Shown here: in pieces, positions 24,923-39,010 of the stretch | Position numbering within the stretch: position 1 is the stretch's first letter | How the letters are laid out: the number at the start of each line of letters is the position of its first letter | From: Octopus vulgaris | Taxonomy: Eukaryota | Assembly (NCBI GenBank): GCA_951406725.2 | Contig: OX597826.1 | Coordinates: forward strand, 76,012,001-76,076,000 | DNA: 64,000 bases | Direction of reading: 5' to 3' | Program-made: the position numbers and the translations under genes | The notes under the pieces: model-generated | Seen by the model: only the letters and a program-made list of their open reading frames with translations | Database searches by the model: none | What the model was told of the DNA's origin: nothing

Positions 24923-26630
24923 TTTTAGGTGACTGAGAGTACAGGACTTCACCCAGAATGGGAAGTCGATCCTTTGCAAAATTAATTTCCAGCTGCCATT
25001 GGTATTTGTTTCAGCTGAGCAAATTGGCATGAAACATGAAACAGCTGGGATTAAGAGTTGAACCAGCAACCTAATAACTGTGAGCCCAACATCTGTTCAA
25101 TAAGCAATTTTTTTTTTCCATTTTATCACACACACACTCACAAACATGATCATGCACACACGCACACACATACACACACACATAGAGAGAGGAACTACTC
25201 AGTGAATGTCCTTCTTGATATAAACACAAGGCCTGAAATTTTGAAGGTGAGGTCTAACCACAGTACTTGACTTGTACTTCAATTTATTGACCCCCAAAAG
25301 GATGAAAGATAAAGCTAACCTCAGCAGGATAGAGTGTAATAATCCTGAAGAAATGCCGCCAAGCATTTTATCGGTTGCGCTAACCATTCTGCCAGTTTGC
25401 CATCAAAATATTGTTGTTCTTGTGAGTATTAAAGAAGCCATCCTTGTTACAATAAGCAGAATTGGTAGAACACTGGACAAAATATCTTGTGGTATTTGAC
25501 CACATTGCTGCTTTAAATTCTGAGTTCAAATCCCACCCAGGTCATCCGAGTTGATCAACGAAAATGAGAACAGGAGTTGATGATAATCAGCTATACCGTA
25601 GATCAGGTGTTCTCAAATGATGCACAGCAGAACACCAGTGCACCAGTGTGCAGCAAGCTGTAACTAGCTGCACAGCAAAATTGATAAAATTGCATTTTTA
25701 AAACAAAAGTTCCAAATGCAGACTGAAATTTTTAATGTAAAATCCTTTCTAGGGTCACATTTATTCTATCTTTTACAGGAACAAGGCCTGAAATTGTGGC
25801 AGAGGGGGCAGTCAGTTACATTGACTCCCCCCCCCCAGTGCTCAATGGGTACTTATTTTATCAACCCCACAAAAAGATGAAAAGCAAAGTCAACCTCGGC
25901 AGAATTTGAACTTTGAATGTAAAACCAGACTAAATGCTGGTAAGCATTTTGTTTGGCACGTAAATGATTCTGACAGCTTGCTGAATATTAGTACAAGACC
26001 AGCAATTCTTTTTTTTAGGGGAAAGCAGGTTGGTCAATAACATTGACCCCAGTACTGAATTAGTACTTTATTTGTTGTCCCTAAAATGATAAAAGGCAAA
26101 GTAGAACTTGACAGGTTTTGAACTCAAGGACATGAAAAGCCACAACAAATGCCACAAAGCTATTTCCTTTGACTTGCTCACAATTCTCCTAGCTCACTGC
26201 CTTTGAGTCACATTAACACAAAAGAAATAAAGACATCAAAGCGTTAACGATGTAACGAGGGTAGGACTATCTCAAATGTCTAAATATAGAAAACATGTCA
26301 CCAATAAAACTTGTAAACATCATCAAAAACCCCCAAGCCCATGTGTTGTCATTGATAATTATGCTAATTATACTTTATTTATTAAGTAACGAAAAAGTTT
26401 GAGTTATTTATATTTTTTGTCTAAAATATACAATAAATCACTTTCTATAATAGTTTTTTTTTCCTAAAAAAGCACCCACTACACTCTCAGAGTAGTTGGC
26501 GTTAGGAAGGGCATCTAGCTGTAGAAACACTGCCAGATCAGACTAGAGCCTGGTGCAGCCATCTGGTTCGCCAGCCCTCAGTCAAACTCGTCCAACCCAT
26601 GCTAGCATGGAAAGTGGATGTTAAACGATC

Positions 26631-26671
<41 letters not shown>

Positions 26672-27055
26672 ATGCACAAACTACATCAAAATATTTTTAT
26701 TTACATTATTTACATTTGACAGATATTTGTCCTACTCTTTTACTCTTTTAATTGTTTCAGTCATTTTGACTGTGGCCATGCTGGAGCACCACCTCATCTT
26801 GTTTAATGTAAACAATGTACATAATTCCTCATCTCTTAGATACAGAACTGTAATATTTTAATTTGTTTTAAAGTAAGCTGCAAGTGAAAAGAAAACAGTC
26901 ATTCAAGAACAACTGTCCGACAGAATAATGCCCCAGCATGGCCATTGTCCATTGATTGAAAGCTGTAAATTATGAAAGAAGTGAGTACATATAACCACTG
27001 ATCAACAATTATTAGGAGCCTCTTCCTAATCAGTGGTTTATTGTCACACACATGA

Positions 27056-27453
27056 TATTTGAATGTCACACGAAAAACGCCGCCGCCGTGGTGATCTCAT
27101 TCTTGCTCACAACATCATAAGCGGAAAATGTAACCTCTCGAAAGAGCTGTTTTTCACTCCTGCTCCAGAGCGTAGGCTGCGGGGTCACTCCGGAAAGCTC
27201 GATCTGCTACGATTTCATCTCAATCGAAGGAGAGGGGCTTTTTCCGTCCAGGTTGCGGATCCGTGGAATAAGCTGCCTGATGAGATAGTGAAGATGCTGA
27301 CGACCGCTCGGTTCAAAGTCTCTCTTGACCAGAAATGGCCTGAACTCTTTACATGAACACCACCCTGTACATAACTCCATGTCCCCCTACATGGCCTTGC
27401 TTTTTGCTTTTTAACATAATTCCATAACACACAGAACGTATTTGAATGTCACA
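27056..27453 (+). mobile_element. 5'-truncated CR1-clade LINE with 15-bp direct flanking repeat
   Basis: RRRRGDLILAHNII...LRGHSGKL...AFSVQVADPWNKLPDEIV...FKVSLD is the CR1 ORF2 C-terminus. tatttgaatgtcaca occurs at 27056-27070 and 27439-27453. Confidence 0.9.
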
Positions 27454-27920
27454 TTATATCACATGTAAATAAAGTGATACACACACACACACACACATTA
27501 TCATCATCATAATCATCATCATTTCACTTCCACTTTCCATGCTGGCATGGGTTGGATGGTTTGACAGGAGCTGGCCAGGCAGAAGACTGCACCAGGTTTC
27601 TGTGCCTGTTTTGGACTGAGAATGGACTGAGTGCTTTTTACATGGCACCAGCACAGGTGAGGTCAATTTTGGCATGGCTTTTACAGCTGGATGCTTTTGA
27701 TGTGGCACCAGTACAGGCAGGGTCACCAAGTAACTTGCAAGACAAAGATCCTTTGAAGGGGCAGAGGTGGATATTGGAGGAGGTGATCTTGTGCCAGATA
27801 ATGAAAGATTACAGTGTGACAGGGAGACAGAAACGGGTGTCTTGCTGTAGAGGAAGTACATGATTACTTGGTGAGAGAGAGAGAGAGAGAGAGAGTGGTC
27901 AAGATTGATAAGTGTGTGTG

Positions 27921-27967
<47 letters not shown>

Positions 27968-28504
27968 TCATTACAGATATAGGGTTAAAAATTAATTTAA
28001 TAAAATCAACAAATTTCACCTAGTAGTTTTTCGGTATGGAAAAGAACCATATTCAGCAAAAACTTACACAAAAAGTTTTTCTATATATAATTATAACAAT
28101 AAGGGTTTAGCAACAAGTTGCTTGACCACATACCGAAAATTTTAGAAGTAGCAGCCAAAAGACTGCTATTTCTTAAATAGCAGTCTTTTGGCTGCTATTT
28201 CTAAAATTTCTAAAACTTGTTGCTAAACCTTTATTGTTATGTCGGTGGCACATAAAAACACCATCCGAGCGTGGCGTTCGCCAGCCTCGTCTGGCACCTG
28301 TGTCGGTGGCACATAAAATCACCCACTACACTCTCGGAGTGGTTGGCGTTAGGAAGGGCATCCAGCTGTAGAAACACTGCCAGATCTGACTGGCCTGGTG
28401 CAGCCTTCGGGCTCCCCAGACCCCAGTTGAACCGTCCAACCCATGCTAGCATGGAAAATGGACGCTAAATGATGATGATGATGATGATGATGATATATAT
28501 ATAT

Positions 28505-29480
28505 ATTCCAGGGGATGACATGTTCAAAAAAGTTATGTCCAGCCACTTAACAAAGAACTCAAAGATAAGTTTGAGAGTGAAAGAATATTTAATTACTAAT
28601 CGTTAGTCCAGCAAAATACATGACTGAGTCAAAAGTTTTGCAATATTTTGGTAACTTATTTGTTTTAGTCATCAAGTTACAACGAAAGCAGCCTAGCATT
28701 CTAAGTAGAGGCCATCGTGTGGCACTGTCTGAAGCCATGTTTCTGTCAGTTCTTTGATTCCATGCTCATACCAGTTCTTGGACTTTGAGGCAAAGAACTC
28801 CTTCGCTGAAGCTTCCATCTCCTCTTGGTTAACAAGGAGTCACAAGTGCAGGAAGTGTGCCATGGATCGGAATAAGTAATAATCCGAGGGAGTTCAGACT
28901 ACATGCTGGCTGCGGAATCATTTTGATTCCCTCAAATTTCTGGAGTTTATTCTGGATTGTTTTAGCAGTATGAAGTCTTGCATTATTTTGCTGCAGAAGA
29001 GCTTGTTTTCTGTTTACCAATGCAAAGGAGTATTTTTGCTGCACAATGACATACATCTGCTCCAGCTGTTCAGAGTGCAGGTTGGCATCATTGGTTCAGC
29101 CTTCCAGAACAATCTTGCCATGAATTTTCTCCTCATAATTCCACCGGACACTTTGTGTTCAAAACACCCATGTTTGACAACAGGTTCCAGAAGCTGTCCC
29201 TAGCTTAACCACAGCCTAGGCACATTAGGACTGAGGTAAAAATATCCACTTTCCATAGCACATTATTATCCTCTGAAAGAACTACAGATCACACAGGCTT
29301 TCCAGGAGTTTCTTGCAAACATCCACTTGTCTCTCTGCTTGAGCCGAGTTCAGTCCATGAGGCACCATTCGGCAGCTCCAGATGCTTTTGCCAAAGTCAT
29401 GAAGGTAAGGAACCACACTCGACTGTGAGATGCTAAGCCTGCTCATGAAATTAGCATGCAAGTAGATGAGCCCTCCACAC
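28505..29480 (-). mobile_element. Degenerate mariner transposase relic
   Basis: VPHGLNSAQAERQVDVCKKLL (WVPHxL motif) and LLQQNNARLHTAKTIQNKLQKFEGIKMIPQPACS (HDNARPH...HPPYSP equivalent). Confidence 0.8.
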
Positions 29481-29968
29481 ACACGCACATAACCCTCGCA
29501 GGGAGATTCAGCATGACCCAGAATGTGACATGGTTGACCCTTTAAATTACAGGTACTACTCACTTTTGCCAGGTGAGTGGACTGGAACAACGAGAAATAA
29601 AGTATCTTGCTGAAGGACATAGTGCACCACTGATAACTGACCTCACAACCATATGATCGTTAGCCGAAAATAAGAAAAAATCTTAATAAGGAAAAATGAG
29701 TTTGTCTTTCTGTATGAAACGATCGTATAACTACATGAATAAAAAAAAATTGACATCTAATCTCTTCAGTTATGAAAAATATGGTTGAATTTGTTGAACT
29801 TTGTTTAATAAGTTAAATCATAAACTTAATATACTTAATATATATAACGTTTCATATCTTTGTCAATTTAAACCAGTAAATTCAAAGTAAAGTGTGGAGA
29901 AACAACGTTTGACATCTTTTGGAAACATCTCCAAATAAAGGACGAATTCACATTCAACCTTTTAAAAT

Positions 29969-30001
<33 letters not shown>

Positions 30002-30207
30002 GTTTAACATCCGCTTTCCATGCTAGTATGGGTTGGACGATTTGACTGAGGTCTGGGAAACCAGAAGGCTGCACCAGGCTCCAATCTGATCTGGCAGAGT
30101 TTCTACAGCTTGATGCCCTTCCTAACGCCAACCACTCCGAGAGTGTAGTGGGTGCTTTTTACGTGCCACCAGCATGAGGGTCAGTTGATTATCTATATAT
30201 ATATACA

Positions 30208-30590
30208 GTGGAGGCAGAATGACCCGATGAGCAGCAAACTCGTAGTCGTAGGATCGCGGTTTCGATTCCCAGAACAGGCGTTGTGAGTGTTTCTTGAATG
30301 AAAACATCTAAAAGTTCCACGAGGCTCTGGCAGGGGGTGGTGGTGGCGAACCCTGCTATACTCTTTTCACCACAACTTTCTCGCACTCTTTCTTCCTGTT
30401 TCTGTTGTACCTGTACTTCAAAGGGCCAGCCTTGCCATACTCTGTGTGACGCTGAATCTCCCCAAGAACTATGTTAAGGGTACACGTGACTGTGGAGTGC
30501 TCAGCCACTTGTACATTAATTTCACGAGCAGGCTGTTCTGTTGATCGGATCAACTGGAACCCTCATCGTCGTAACCGATAAAGTGCCACG
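30208..30590 (+). mobile_element. tRNA-derived SINE (family D). Other copies at 34985-35280(-), 48357-48650(+) and 53465-53652(-).
   Basis: Head gtggaggc...gcggtttcgattccc (B-box) followed by gttgtgagtgttt...ctccacgaggctc. Confidence 0.82.
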
Positions 30591-31512
30591 ATGATCATAC
30601 ACACACACACACACATATATAAATATATATACACACACACACACATATATATATGTATACATACATTCACACACACACATGTATATACGTATACACACAT
30701 GAATATTCATGATGAATTCCTTCCAGTTTCCATCTGCCGATTTCATTCACAAGGTTTTAGTCAACAATGTGGCTGCCCTAGTAAAGGACACCAACATACC
30801 ATACACACACACACACACATACACACACACACTAATTATGTATGTATTGTAGTACCGAAATGTTGAGAATCTTATGTATGTTAATTTATGTGAGATAAAA
30901 AGGGATTGGATAACTTGAATAACAGTTTCATTTCTTTAGTCAGCAATCACAACAGTGTCTGCAAGTATTAAAATCTAATACACATACATTTATTTATTAA
31001 TTTACCTTTTTGGTTTTAATTGCTATAACCACCTATATTACAATGTACTTAATATATCTTAACATATTAATATATTATTTTAATATCTTATTGCATGTTA
31101 CTATACACTTTTAGCACTTGCTTTTCAACAGTTTTTTTCTCATGAACAAATGGGAAGCAGACTATCTCTTTTAACCCGGAGTAATTGTGGGAACCTCTGA
31201 TGAGAAACAAGATCACATTGATCAAATTTTCAAAATCACGTGATAAAGTTTTATCAAACTACTTCATTCTGTGAGGGTATCTTGCCAAAGAAAGACGTTG
31301 TGGCTTACTGCTCACAGTCCTGAATATTTCATGAGGTTAGTGCTTTTGTGTAGCTGTTTGAGTTAAATTTTAGCTCTCGTTTCTAGCAAATGTAGGTGCT
31401 ATTTTGCACTCTCATTTATCAGTTTTACCTATTTGGTTTTAATTACTATAGCCACTATAATGTATTTGATATATGTTAATATATTGATATATTATTATAA
31501 TTTCTTATTGTA

Positions 31513-31562
<50 letters not shown>

Positions 31563-31861
31563 ATGAATATATATATGCATATATGGGTACTGGATGTCAC
31601 TAACAGTAAACAACACAAAATACAAAAGCAAGAGTTCAATATGAGAAACAATGAGAAAAAGAAATGGAAAACAGGACAAGCAACATAAAGAACGACCCTT
31701 CATCAGTTGTCGGCTGTCTATCTATTCCTCATTTCGAGCATTGAAAAACAATATGAGTCTTCGTAAATAGTTGCTTTTATAAGGACCAAAATAAAACTTG
31801 GGATTTATGGAGGGTCAAAGCTGGGGAAAAAAACAGAACAGTGGAGACATACAAGGAAACA

Positions 31862-31900
<39 letters not shown>

Positions 31901-33689
31901 TATATATATATATATTCTTTTATCCTTTTACTTGTTTCAGTCATTTGACTGCAGCCAAGTTAGAGCACTGCCTTAAAGGGTCTTAGTCGAAGGAATTGAC
32001 CCCAAGACTTATTCTTCGTAAACCTAGCACTTATTCTATCAGTCTCTTTTGAGTCAGTAACTGCTAAGTTATGGGGACATAAACACAGCAACATCGGTTG
32101 TCAAACGATGGGGGGTGAGGGACAAACACAGACACAAAGATACACAAACATAAATATATACAAGAACTTCTTATAGTTTCTGGCTATCAAATCCATTCAC
32201 AAGGTTTTGGTTGGCCCAAAGCTACAGTAGAAGCCACTTGCTCAAGATGCCATTTAGAGGGACTGAACCTGGAACCATGTGGTTGGGAAGCAAGAATCTT
32301 ACCACACAGCTACAGGAAAAAACAACAAAGGACAATTAAACATACACAGTGAATGTATTAGATTGATCATCAGTGAAAGATTTAAATGGGAAAATAGAAG
32401 TGGAAATGATATTTCAAGCATGGCTCTTCATCGGGAAGAGGAAAAATGTCCAAAGAAGAAGAAAAGGAGGAAGGAGCAGACAGTCTAATGAGACAATGCT
32501 GATATAGTAAGTGATGCCTGTATGTCTACTGATACTTCAGATTTGTATAATGTGTGTGTTGTCCTGTCTGTTGTATGTTTATGAGATGTGGGTGACCTAT
32601 TGAAATCATCCGAAACGGCTGGAGCACTTCCACCAGCAGTGTCTACCTCACATCTTGGGCTTCTGTTGGAAAAATGTGAGTGGGGTCGAGGTCTTGGGAA
32701 GAAGTTACTGTCCAAGTACTAAGTGAATCATTTTGCAGCACTAACTCTGATAGGTGGTTCACTTAGGGAGAATGGAGGACTGCATGACTCCAAAGCATGA
32801 CTCTAAAGCATGACTCCAAAGTATGGCTCCTGTATAGTGAACCGAGGAATGGAAAGCATCTCACAAACCTGAGCTGAAGTTCAAAGATTGAATAAAAGTC
32901 ATCATCATCACCATCATCATCATTTAAGTCTGTTGTCCATGCTGGCATGGGTTGGTCAGTTTGACCAGGGCTGATACACTGGAAGGCTGCACCAGACTCC
33001 AGTCTGATTTGGCATGGTTTTCTACAGCTCGATGCCCTTCCTAATGCCAACCACTCCGAGAATGTATTGGGTGTTTTTATGTGCCACTAACATGGGTGCC
33101 ATTTGCATGCCACTGGCACAGGTTCTAATTTGTGTGACACCGGTATCTTCCACAATTATGAGAAAAGCTAACATTTTAGAAAAGGACTGGGACGAAACTG
33201 CAACAGATTGAGAAAGAAGAAGGAAAGCAATCTTTCTCTCTCTTTATTTTTTCCTCTTTTACTTGTTTCAGTCATTTGACTGTGGCCATGCTGGAGCACC
33301 GCCTTTTAGTCAAGCAAATCGACCCCAGGACTTATTCTTTGGAAGCCTAGCACTTATTCTATTGGTCTCTTTTGCCGAACCGCTAAGTTACGGAGACGTA
33401 AACACACCAGCATCAGTTGTCAAGTGATTTGGGGGGTACAAACACAGACACACACATACGTATATACGACGGGCTTCTTTCAGTTTCCGTCAAACCAAAT
33501 CCACTCACAAGGCTTTGGTCAGCCCGAGACTATAGTAGAAGACACTTGCCCAAGGGGCCACGCAGCGGGAATGAACCCGGAACCATGAGGTTGGGAAGCG
33601 AGCTACTTACCACACAGCCACTCCTGTGCCTATGTAACAGAAATGATAACTTCAATATAGATTGCAAAAAAAAAAAAAAAACCACTAAA

Positions 33690-34110
33690 AGTTGAAGAGG
33701 TAAGCTAGAAAGGGTGTGGTCATTTTCAGGAAATATGAATGACCAGAGTGAACAGATATGCAATGAATGTGGGCGAGTCAGCTTCAACAGAACATAGCTG
33801 AAAAACTTCAAAAGAAACTATATATAGAGAGTTGACTTGGTCTGCAGTAAACACAGCATGACAACATACTATGAATGTGCCAAGGTTTTGCCTATCAGCT
33901 GGGGGGGGGGGGCATGAAACAACACATGAAAGTGCATGGTGACTAATGAGTGGTTCCTCTTGTTGGAGGCGATCGTGTATGTACCATGTGTACCAAGGAG
34001 TGTAGGTCACTTGGTGACCTGAAAAGTCGCACTTGTGTTGCACACACATAAGACCAATTCTGAAATGTTTCAAGTGAATGTTATGCTCGAGATTGAAGAA
34101 GCAGCTATTA
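33690..34110 (+). mobile_element. RTE-like LINE 3' end with decayed C2H2 fingers
   Basis: NECAKV...MKQHMKVH and CTMCTKECRSLGDLKS. The terminal tgctcgagattgaagaagcagct resembles the 3' end of the 15772 element. Confidence 0.55.
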
Positions 34111-34450
34111 TATATGCCACCGACACAGGTGCCAGCCTCGTCTGACACCTGTGTCGGTGGCACATAAAATCACCCACTACACTCTCGGAGTGGTTGGCGT
34201 TAGGAAGGGCATCCAGCTGTAGAAACACTGCCAGATCTGACTGGCCTGGTGCAGCCTTCGGGCTTGCCAGACCCCAGTTGAACCGTCCAACCCATGCTAG
34301 CATGGAAAGCGGACGTTAAACGATGATGATGATGATGATGATGATACCGGAGTAAACACATAAATGTGAAACAAGGTGGAAAAAAGAGTACTCAACTACC
34401 AGAGGTAGAGTAATATGCTTTATTTAAAAGCAGCAGAAATATGACAAAAG

Positions 34451-34488
34451 CTGTTACTCAGAGTTTCACGTTCCTGTTCATCGGACAG
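34451..34488 (-). ncRNA. Candidate minimal type-I hammerhead ribozyme (variant core) in a Penelope-like repeat
   Basis: CTGT-CCGATGA-AC-aggaac-GT-GAAA-CTC-t-GAG-TA-ACAG. All three stems form and the triplet is GUA, but the core reads CCGAUGA instead of CUGAUGA. Confidence 0.55.
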
Positions 34489-34636
34489 TTTTTTAACAAA
34501 TGCAGTATTTATACTTTAAGTCTAGTAGTTATTCCATCAGTCTCTTCAACCAAACTGCTTCGATATGGGGAGATAAACAAACCAACAGCGGTTGTCAAAT
34601 GATAAAGCAGGGAGAAACACAGATACATACATATGC

Positions 34637-34667
<31 letters not shown>

Positions 34668-35280
34668 ATGGGCCTCCATAAGGTATCAGCCTACCAAATC
34701 CACTCAGGAAGCAACGCTCAGCCCACGGCTACAGTTGAAAAAACTTGCCCAAGATGCTGCACAATATATACATAGATATCTAGACACGTTTTTTTCTCCA
34801 CCTCTACATACTTTTGGTTCTCTCCATTTGTTTTCTATCCTCATTCCTTTCTGCAAAAGAGCATAGGCTTGAAACATCAAAGACTCTTCCATTTGTTCTT
34901 GAGTGTCAAACTAATACACCCACCTTGTTTGTAGTACCCTCACCTGTGTGTTTTGTTTTGTGTGTTTTTTGTACAATTTTGAAATATCCAGGCTATCAGT
35001 TGTTGCTACACATCACTGGTCACAATGCGCTTTGCATTGTTTTAGCCTTCAAATAACGCCACCCCGCTGACTAAGCGAGCAGGCCAACAGAAGAAAGAGT
35101 GAGAGAAAGTTGTGGCGAAAGAGTACAACAGGGATCGCCACCACCTCCTGCAGGAGTCTCGTGGAGCTTTTTAGGTATTTTTGCTCAATAAACACTCCCA
35201 ATGCCCAGTCTGGGAATTGAAACCACGTTCCTACAACCGCGAGTCCGCTGCCCTAACCACTGGGCCATTGTGCCTCCACG

Positions 35281-35336
<56 letters not shown>

Positions 35337-35375
35337 CATATATATATATACATATATATATACATATATATATAC

Positions 35376-35424
<49 letters not shown>

Positions 35425-36699
35425 GACATGCATATACTTGTCTCTGATACCCAGTGAAGCCATCCCACATCTGGTAGGAATGTGTGTGTGTGTGTGTGTG
35501 TGTGTGTGACATAGAAGATCCAGTTTGCTGCAATGTTATGAAGTTTTTGACAGATTAGTCATGGATTTATAGCAAACATTTTCTTCCTTTATTTTATTTT
35601 TATTTTATTTTATTTTTTTTTTTTCCAATGAAAGTACTTTAAGTTTACAAGACTGACACATAACAGCCAGTGTGCCATCATTTATCTTGTCCAACCAGTA
35701 CCAAAGAATTTTTAACAGCTAGCTTCCACCAGCACACCTAATATTTACAGTTGGAAGTAGGCACATAGCTTGTGTGTGTGTGTTTGTTAGTTATAACGAG
35801 ATGTCATCTGAAATGGTCAGAAATACACAAATGAAACAAAAGCTAATCAAATAAACTGCATTTGTTGTACTAATGATGTTCATTAATGGGTTTCCATTGG
35901 AAGCAGCCTACTTTGTACATGCATATGCAACAATGAAACGAAAGCAAAACTGATTTATGACCTAAATAATATAAGTATAATAATACCTGTGTGGGTATTA
36001 CATAGGTGAGAGAGAGCTCTATAACATGTTTGTTACGCTATATTAGAAATTATAAAAATGTATATTTTAAGTTACAAATAGGGAGAGAACTGTTGTTGTA
36101 GTTCACATACACACACACACACACATACTTATATACGAATACAAAGGCTTGAAAATTGGAAAAAAATATAAAGGTAAATAAATAAACAAATAGATATATA
36201 AATAAAGGAAATTACTCGTGGAAAATATTTCTGAACTCATAAATACAATTTAACGAAAGGAAGTTGTCAAACAAGATTTACAAGATACTTTTCTTATTGT
36301 CAATATATTTTTAAAATGTGTGTGTGTGTGTGTGTGTATGTGTGTAGTGTAGGTGTGTAGTGTGTGTGTGTAGTGTGTGTGGTGTCTGTGTATTTCTCTG
36401 TGTTTGTGATATTAAGTTGCTTTGAATAGATCGGTATGAATAGAAAACAAACAAGTGATGATTTAGAGGTTTTCAGAGAGAAGTTTCAACTTGACGCCAG
36501 GTAAAAATAAGATGAAACGAAAGTACACGCCCCCCCCACACACACACGGTTTTTCTTTCACTGGTTTCACTCAGTGTACCATAGCCATGTTATTCTGGTT
36601 ATATTAATTCCATTATTTTACCTGGTACTTATTGTGTCTTACTATCAAGGAGAGGCGGCAAAGTCAGTCTGCCTGTCTGTCTCAGTGTCTTTCCTGCCT

Positions 36700-37216
36700 T
36701 CACACATCCTTTACATTCAATATTCATGTCACACTACGATGGTGAAGACAGAGGCGATGGTCATCTGAAGAAAGTCTTCCCACAGCACTTCTTGATGCGA
36801 GTGGGACACCCCCAAGGCAAGTGGTGGGGATTAAGTATCTTGGGGTCATAGGAGGCATAAGGTTGAGTTAGATGTAAGAATTGCAGATGCTGGCGACACA
36901 GTGATGAGCCAGTTTCATCACTCGACCCTCAGAAGAGGAGAGGTTTGTAAAAAAGCCAAACTCGTTATCTTTAATCCAGTTCCCATGCTTAGTCTCATCA
37001 ATGGTTATGAATGACGAGTAATGACTGAAAGAGTACATTCAGGAACAGAAGCAGACTAAATGGGGTTCGGACAAAGAGTCTCCAGAGTAACATTAATTAA
37101 CAGGGTGCATAGCTTAGAAACCAAGAAGTCTCTCTTCATTGAGCTGCTATTTCTCCACATTGAGAGGTCACAGCTCTGTTACTAAGGTCATGTGATTAAA
37201 ATGTCACAGGAGAGAA
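36700..37216 (+). mobile_element. Degenerate RTE-like LINE, post-RT region
   Basis: KYLGV..., ELDVRIADAG, KKAKLVIF..., LINGYE, LLFLHIERSQLCY*GHVIKMSQER. Confidence 0.7.
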
Positions 37217-38916
37217 TATATATATATATATATGCATATACATATATATATATACATATACACATATACACACACACATAGATATATGCACACACACACA
37301 CACACACATACAGACATGCACATGTATATGTATCCCACCCCAATGCTCACCCATCACACCCACAAGCAAGAATGTATTGGTTAGCATGTCCCATGCTTTT
37401 ATTGACTGTTCCAGGTGCCTCTGTAAGTGACAAGCAGACACAGACACTCCCCCATCAGCCCCTCCCACCCTTGACACAGAAGTACATCCAGACTGTGAAA
37501 CAGCTGAAAGGAAAAGTACAGACAACCCCCCACCCTTACCCACACCCGTTACCAGCTCCAGTTCAGTAAACTGGAGCAATGTGAAACGAAGTAAATGAAA
37601 GACCTTGCTGAAGGTGCAGGAATCGAACCCATGGCCCAGTGATCATCCAACCGCTTCACACACGCAACATATGTGTGCATGTGTATGTGAATGTGTGTGT
37701 GTGTGTGTGTGTGCGTGTATTTAGTCTCTTTGTGAAAATAAGCTGATGGCAGTTGAGTAAATGTCTTCTAGTTTAGCCCTGGGCCAATGAAAACCTTGTG
37801 ACCAGATTTAGTAGGCAGAAACTGATAGAAGATGTGGGGTGGGGGGCACTGTAGACCAGTGTTGGTTTACATCTCTGTAACTTAGCAGTTCAGCAATAAG
37901 AGATTGATAGAATAAGTACCAGACTCTAAAAAAAAATTAAGTCCTTGGTATGATTTGTCTGACTAAAACCCACCAAGGCAGGACTCCAGCATGGCCATAG
38001 TCTAGAGACTGAATGCAGTAAAAGAGGAAAGATGTACTTTGTGTGTTTGTGTTCGTGCAATACACACACACACACACACACAATAATGAAGTCAATTACT
38101 TGGTCAGTTTTAATTAATGATCATTATCAATTAAGGCTTTCTACTTAGATGGCTGATCACTCTTTTATTCTTTTATTCTTCTACTTGTTTCAGTCATTTG
38201 ACTGCAGCCATGCTGGAGCACCAGGACTTATATTTTTTAAGCCTAGTACTTATTCTATCAGTCTCTTTTGATGAACCACTAAGTTGTGGGGGGTGTAAAC
38301 ACACCAACGCTGGTTGTCATGTGGTAATGGGCATAGTTGCTTTGAGTCCTATAGAGGTAGCTAGCTTGGTGAACTGAGGCAATGTTAACCAATCCAGCTG
38401 AGGCTTGAACACAGAACCTCAATGTGTATATGATCCAATGTAATCTATTTGGCCACTTTCACACACACACACACACACAGACTGCTTACTTATTTCATAC
38501 ATTTGGCTCATTGCACACATCCAAACACACACTTAATGACCCTATTCAAACTAAATCTACTGAAACTCTATCACTCACTCTCTCTCTCTCTCTCTCTTTC
38601 ACTCACACACACACACACACACAAATACTTACATACAAAGCTTTATGATTGTATTCAACACAATGCAGTGCATCTTCTCCCCACCCATTCACATACACAG
38701 ATGATACATACCAGTACACACACCATAGCTTTATGGCCCTGTTTTACTCAAAGTGATGAATGCACAAACACAAATTCATACGCTATGACTCCAATCACTC
38801 TCACAATTACATAAACTGCCCGTATTATTATCTTGGTGAAAGTCAGAATACCTGTCAATATATTTCAATCGTTTTATGTATTCGTCAGGTTTCTTTTGCC
38901 AAGATATTATTTCTGT

Positions 38917-39010
38917 ATCAATGGACACACCACAACTGAAATCACCTGGTTGCCTTTCACCACCAGAGTTGAGTAATGTCAACCTGAGTTAGTACTTACA
39001 TGGTTGATCA
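38917..39010 (+). pseudogene. Highly diverged, 3'-truncated 5S rRNA pseudogene
   Basis: ggacacaccacaactgaaatcacctggtt...gagttgagtaatgtcaacctgagttagtacttacatggttgatcac aligns with 5S (GGCCATACCAC.TTGAAAACACC...AGTTAAGCA...GTTAGTACTTGGATGGGTGACC). Cut by a family-A SINE. Confidence 0.65.

Noticed and set aside
38776-38982. Minus-strand 68-aa ORF as an exon
   Set aside because: It overlaps the antisense of the decayed 5S copy, has no pyrimidine tract and shows no protein similarity.
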